Part shown: positions 29,512-35,498 of the stretch, piece after piece | Layout of the letters: each line of letters opens with the position of its first letter | Position numbering within the stretch: the stretch's first letter is position 1 | Source of the DNA: an uncultured Eubacteriales bacterium | GTDB taxonomy: Bacteria; Acidobacteriota; Aminicenantia; Aminicenantales; Saccharicenantaceae | Assembly: GCA_964541055.1 (NCBI GenBank) | Contig: CAZIQR010000004.1 | Span: 6,081-41,578 of the forward strand | Direction of reading: 5' to 3' | DNA length: 35,498 bases | Made by a program: the position numbers and the translations under genes | The notes under the pieces: generated by a model | The model's database searches: none | Told to the model about the DNA's origin: nothing | Seen by the model: the letters and a program-made list of their open reading frames with translations, nothing else

Positions 29512-29548
29512 AGACGCCGCCCGGGGCGGCGGGGACCGTCCAATGGAA

Positions 29549-30244
29549 TTAACTCGGGACCGAGCCCAGGCGTTTCATCGTCCCGGCTTCCATCATGTAG
29601 ACCTTGTGGCAGTACCGGGCGATCTTGTCGTTATGGGTCACCAGGATCGACGACAGGCCCCGCCGCTCGTGGAGGTCGAGGACCAGGCGCAGGACCTTCT
29701 CCCCCGTCTTCCAGTCGAGGTTGCCCGTCGGCTCGTCGGCGAGGAGCAGGCGGGGCCCGTTGACGAGGGCCCGGGCGATGGCCACGCGCTGCTGTTCGCC
29801 GCCCGAGAGCTGGCTCGGCCTCGAGAAGGCCTTGTCCTCGAGGCCGACCTCGCGCAACAGGTCCGCGGCCCGGCGGAAGGCCTCCTTGCGGGGCAGGCCG
29901 GCGATCATCGGAGGAAAGGCCACGTTCTCCAGGGCGGTGAATTCGGGCAGAAGATGGTAGACCTGAAAGACGAAGCCGATCTTGCGGTTCCGGACCGAGG
30001 CGACGTCCCGGTCGGTCCCGGCGAAGAGGTCTTCGCCGTCGAGCGTGACCCGGCCCTCGGTCGGGCGGTCGAGCCCGCCGAGGAGGTTGAGCAGGGTCGT
30101 CTTGCCGACCCCGCTCGCGCCCATGACGGCGGCGAGCTCTCCCCTGCCGAGATCGAAATCGAGGCCCTCGAAGACGCGCAGCTCCCCTTTCGGCAGGGGG
30201 TAGGTCTTGCCCAGACCCGAGGCGACGAGGACGCGGTCACTCAT
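29549..30244 (-). CDS. lolD: Lipoprotein-releasing ABC transporter ATPase
   Basis: [45 protein letters not shown]. Confidence 0.9.
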   Translation of the reverse strand: MSDRVLVASGLGKTYPLPKGELRVFEGLDFDLGRGELAAVMGASGVGKTTLLNLLGGLDRPTEGRVTLDGEDLFAGTDRDVASVRNRKIGFVFQVYHLLPEFTALENVAFPPMIAGLPRKEAFRRAADLLREVGLEDKAFSRPSQLSGGEQQRVAIARALVNGPRLLLADEPTGNLDWKTGEKVLRLVLDLHERRGLSSILVTHNDKIARYCHKVYMMEAGTMKRLGSVPS

Positions 30245-31457
30245 ATTTCAACGCCACCGCGGGGTCCACCTTGGCCGCGCGGCGGGCCGGGAAGAGGGTC
30301 GAGACGAAGCTGATGAGGAGCGTCACACCGACGATGAGGGCCAGGTCGAGCGGCCTCAGGCGGAACGGGACGTAGGAGATCTGGTAGATGTCGACGGGGA
30401 TCTTGATCAGCTTGAAGGCGTTCGCCAGGAGGCACCAGCCGAGGCCGAGGGCCACGCCGCAGGCCGTGCCGATGATGCCGATGAGCGCGCCCTGGTAGAA
30501 GAAGACGCGGTTGATCATCGGCGGCGTCGCGCCGATGGCCATGAGGATGCCGATGTCCCGGGTCTTCTCCATGACCATGAGGATGAGGGTGGCGATGATG
30601 TTGAGCGCCGCGACGATGACGATCAGGGTGATCGTCAGGAACATGATGTTCTTCTCGAGCTTCAGGGCCGAGAAGAGCGACTTGTTGAGCTCCATCCAGG
30701 TCGTGATGTAGACGGCGCCGGGGAGCAGGGCCTTGATCGCCTCGCCGATCCGGGGGGCGTCGAAGATGTTCCGGAGCTTGACCTGGATGTAGCTGGCCCG
30801 CCCCTCCAGGCCGAAGAGCTTCTGGGCGACGCCCATCGCCACGAGGGCCGTCGTGCTGTCGAACTCGTAGAGCCCGGTGTTGAAAAGGCCGGTGACCTCG
30901 AACCGCTTGCGCTTCGGCAGGAGGCCGAGCGGCGAGAGCGTCGAGGAAGCGGTGACGACGTCGACGACGTCGCCGACCTGGGCCCCGAGCCGCAGGGCCA
31001 GCTCCCGGCCGAGGAGGAGCCCGTCGCGCGCCCCGCCGGCCTGCGGGACGCGGCCGGCCTCGAGCTTTTCGAGCCAGGGCGCCGTCGGCGCCTCGCGGGC
31101 GAAATCGATGCCCTTGACCAGGGCGCCGGAGCTCTCCCCGACCCCGGTGACGAGGACCGTGCCGTAGACGACCGGCGTGGCCGATTCGACGCCGGGGAGG
31201 GCCCGGATCTTGTCCGTCATGCCGTCGTAGCCCTGAAGGCCGCGGCCGCCGAGGTCCGAGACCATGACGTGGGAGGTCGCGCCGAGGATTTTGTCCTGGA
31301 CGTCGCCCTGGAAGCCGGTGATCAGGGCGATGGCGATGACCAGGGCGGCGACGCCGATGGCCACCCCGAGGACGGAGATCAGGGTGATGACGGAGATGAA
31401 GGCCTGCTTCCTCCGCGCCGTGAGGTAACGCCGGGCGACGAACAGCTCGAAGGTCAT
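30237..31457 (-). CDS. Lipoprotein-releasing ABC transporter permease LolC/E (single copy)
   Basis: FVARRYL, GVAIGVAAL, EKTRDIGILMAIG, PARRAAKVDP; precedes lolD. Confidence 0.9.
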   Translation of the reverse strand: MTFELFVARRYLTARRKQAFISVITLISVLGVAIGVAALVIAIALITGFQGDVQDKILGATSHVMVSDLGGRGLQGYDGMTDKIRALPGVESATPVVYGTVLVTGVGESSGALVKGIDFAREAPTAPWLEKLEAGRVPQAGGARDGLLLGRELALRLGAQVGDVVDVVTASSTLSPLGLLPKRKRFEVTGLFNTGLYEFDSTTALVAMGVAQKLFGLEGRASYIQVKLRNIFDAPRIGEAIKALLPGAVYITTWMELNKSLFSALKLEKNIMFLTITLIVIVAALNIIATLILMVMEKTRDIGILMAIGATPPMINRVFFYQGALIGIIGTACGVALGLGWCLLANAFKLIKIPVDIYQISYVPFRLRPLDLALIVGVTLLISFVSTLFPARRAAKVDPAVALKYE

Positions 31458-31460
31458 GGC

Positions 31461-32957
<1,497 letters not shown>

Positions 32958-33413
32958 GCTCACCTTCTTTGGCGGGCGCTCCGGCCGCCGGCGCGAGGCC
33001 GCGGACGACGGCGTCGAGGACGCCGTTGACGAACACGGCCGATTCCTCGCCGCTGTAGCGCTTGGCGATCTCGATGGCCTCGTCCATGACGATGGCCGGC
33101 ACGAGCGCGGGCTCATAAAGGAGCTCCGTGACGGCGATCCTCAGGATGTTCCGGTCGACCACCGCCATCCGGGGCAGGCGCCAGTTCTTGGAGGCCGCCT
33201 GGATCGCCGCGTCGATCGCCGCGCGGTGCTCGAGGAAGGTCTCGACGATCCACGTGCCGTAGGTCCGGACCTGGGGCGAGGCCTTCTGATACTGCCAATA
33301 GACCCGGATGAGGTCCTTAGGGTCGCCGGCGTTGAATTCGAGCTGGAACAGGATCTGGAGGGCGCACTCGCGCGCCTTGCGGCGGGGTCCCATGGCACGA
33401 ACCGGCCGCCCCC

Positions 33414-33884
33414 TCAGCGGAGCCCGGCCTCCTTGATCACGTTCAGGGTCTCGACAAGCGAGAAGGCCGCGTCGTAGCCCTTGTTGCCGGCCTTCGTCCC
33501 GGCCCGCTCGATCCCCTGCTCCACGGTGTCGACGGTCAGGATGCCGAACGAGACGGGCACGCCGTCCTCCATCGCGATCTGGGCCAGCCCCTTGGTCACC
33601 TCGGCGCTGAGGTAGTCGAAGTGCGGCGTGTCGCCGCGGATGAGGGCCCCGACGCAGAGGATGCCGTCGGCCGCCTTCGCCTTGGCGATCTTCTTGGCCA
33701 GGAGCGGGACCTCGAAGGAGCCCGGCACCTTGTAGACGGTCAGGTCGGCTTCCTGGGCCCCCATCTTCTGGAGGGCCTCGAGCGCTCCCTCGAGCAGCCG
33801 TTCCGAGATGAAGCTGTTGAAGCGGCTGACCACGATCGCGATCCGCAGGCCCTTGGCCTGGAGCTTGCCTTGATGGATTTTCAT
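33414..33884 (-). CDS. ribH: 6,7-dimethyl-8-ribityllumazine synthase
   Basis: IVVSRFN, VPGSFEVP, IRGDTPHFDY, FGILT, GNKG. Confidence 0.96.
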   Translation of the reverse strand: MKIHQGKLQAKGLRIAIVVSRFNSFISERLLEGALEALQKMGAQEADLTVYKVPGSFEVPLLAKKIAKAKAADGILCVGALIRGDTPHFDYLSAEVTKGLAQIAMEDGVPVSFGILTVDTVEQGIERAGTKAGNKGYDAAFSLVETLNVIKEAGLR

Positions 33885-34015
33885 GGACGTCAGGCCCCCT
33901 TCTCGGAAATGGATGTTCGAACGGTCCGGTCGATGACCATGGGGCCTTATTCTAACAGATGTCCACGCATAATTCATCTCCCTTCACGGGCCCTCGAGCC
34001 GGCCCCGCCCCTGAT

Positions 34016-34044
34016 TTGAGCAAAGGGAAGGATTATGCTAATTT
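34016..34044 (+). promoter_or_regulatory. Putative sigma70 promoter for the Lon-like gene
   Basis: TTGAGC-17 bp-TAATTT with extended TG. Confidence 0.45.
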
Positions 34045-34062
34045 GGAGCCCAGGAGTGGGTT

Positions 34063-35442
34063 ATGAGAACAAGAACGGATTTCGTAGAACTGTCCCCGGA
34101 CCAGCTGAAGTGGAACTGCTGCCCCGACCTCGTGCCCGTCGCCTCGAGCGCCGAGGCCGAACCCTGCGAGGAGATCATCGGCCAGGAGCGGGCCCTGCGG
34201 GCCATCCAGACCGGCCTCGACATCAAGAGCCTGGGCTACAACATCTTCATCACCGGCATGGTCGGCACCGGCCGGACGACGACCATCACCCAATTGCTCG
34301 ACCAGCTCGAGAAGGGCGAGAAGACGCCCGACGACATCCTCTACGTCAACAACTTCAAGTACCCCGACGAGCCCGTCCTGATCATGCTGCCGGCCGGCCG
34401 GGGCAAGGCTTTCGGGGAGGCGATGGCCAAGCTCATCGACATGCTGAAAGAGAACATCCCGCACCTTCTCAAGAGCCCCTATTACACCGAGAAAAGGGAC
34501 GCCATCGTCGAGACCCAGCAGAAGAAGCAGCGGGAGATCCTCCAGGTCTTCGAGGAGGGGGTCTCGGAGCAGGGGTTCTCCGTCATCCAGGTCCAGATGG
34601 GCCTCTTCAGCCGGCCGGACCTGATCCCGGTCATCGACGGCCAGCCAGTCCCCTTCGCCCGGCTCGACGCCCTGGTCAAGGAGCGCAAGTTCCCCAAGGA
34701 GAAGGTGGAAGAGCTCCGGGTCAAGTACGAGGAGCTGACCTCCAAGCTCGAGGCCATCTTCGAACGCCTCAAGGAGATCGACGAGGAGACGCGGAACCTG
34801 CTCCGGGGCTGGGACGAGGAATCGATCACGCCCATCATCCGCGACGCGATCGGCGACATCCGCAAGGCCTTCGACGCCGCCAAGATCGGCGCCTACCTGG
34901 ACGAGGTCGAGAAGGCCCTGGTCAAGACGATCGAGGCCTTCAAGGCCCAGAAGAAGGAGGAGGGCGCGCCGGTCGACGACTTCAGCGACTTCCGGGTCAA
35001 CCTCCTCGTCGACAACTCCGACCAGAAGGGCTCCCCGGTCATCATGGAGACCAACCCGAACTACGTGAACCTGTTCGGGTCGATCGAGTCGACGATCACC
35101 CGCATCGGCGCCACCCAGACCGATTTCACCATGATCAAGGCCGGGTCGTTCCTCAAGGCCAACGGCGGCTACCTCGTCGTCAACGCCCTGGACGCCCTGG
35201 TCGAGCCCGGGGTCTGGGCGACCCTGAAACGGACCCTGCGCAACCAGGTGTTCGAGATCCAGAACTACCTCCAGATGTACCTGTTCTCGAGCGCGCGGCT
35301 GAAGCCGGAGCCGATCAAGGCCGACGTCAAGGTCATCATGATCGGGGACACCTCCGTCTATAATCTCCTCTTTTCCATGGACGACGACTTCAAGAAGATC
35401 TTCAAGATCAAGGCCGAGTTCGACACGGAGATGCCCAAGAAC
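34063..35442 (+). CDS. Lon-like protease (LonC/AAA_32 type), 3' part missing or interrupted
   Basis: Manual translation MRTRTDFVELSPDQLKWNC...IIGQERAL...GYNIFITGMVGTGRTT...NPNYVNLFGSIE...IKAGSFLKANGGYLVV...FKIKAEFD; AGGAG RBS; frame stays open to the window end, so absent from the ORF track. Confidence 0.88.
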
Positions 35443-35498
35443 GGGCCGTGTCAATGGATGATTGCAACTTCGGGGCCATCGCACACTCACTTCAGTTA
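35443..35498. mobile_element. Possible insertion-sequence terminus or assembly junction interrupting the Lon-like gene
   Basis: Abrupt codon-usage shift after ...ATG CCC AAG AAC; begins GGGCCGTGTCAATGGATGATTGCAAC. Confidence 0.35.

Noticed and set aside
33885-34062. FMN riboswitch upstream of ribH
   Set aside because: Leader too short and lacks conserved RFN motifs.

Overview
High-GC (about 65-70%) bacterial chromosomal segment from a diderm; gene style and order suggest Candidatus Aminicenantes/Acidobacteriota or a similar anaerobe (inference). Left to right: a partial SagB/nitroreductase-like gene; a glycogen operon (hypothetical-glgB-GH57/DUF3536); secreted creatininase-family protein plus HtrA lipoprotein; a MIO ammonia-lyase (hutH-like, Ala-Cys-Gly instead of Ala-Ser-Gly)-SDR-SPFH operon divergent from an SDR-type threonine dehydrogenase, with a REP-like 28-bp inverted repeat between them; speE; SPOR-SpoIID; a 1387-aa secreted M14 peptidase; an orphan NtrC-family activator convergent with a DUF1638-like/PAS/GAF/GGDEF diguanylate cyclase whose promoter region is a 19%-GC island sharing a 17-bp palindromic motif with the activator promoter; a LolA-like protein and M48 protease; a structured intergenic element built from repeated tandem G-A internal loops; the ribH-nusB-lysS-lolC/E-lolD-bamA-skp-fabZ operon (no lpxD/lpxA); and a LonC-like protease that appears interrupted by foreign sequence in the last 56 bp. 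No rRNA, tRNA, CRISPR array or transposase was seen. All calls come from reading the sequence by eye; no database search was run.
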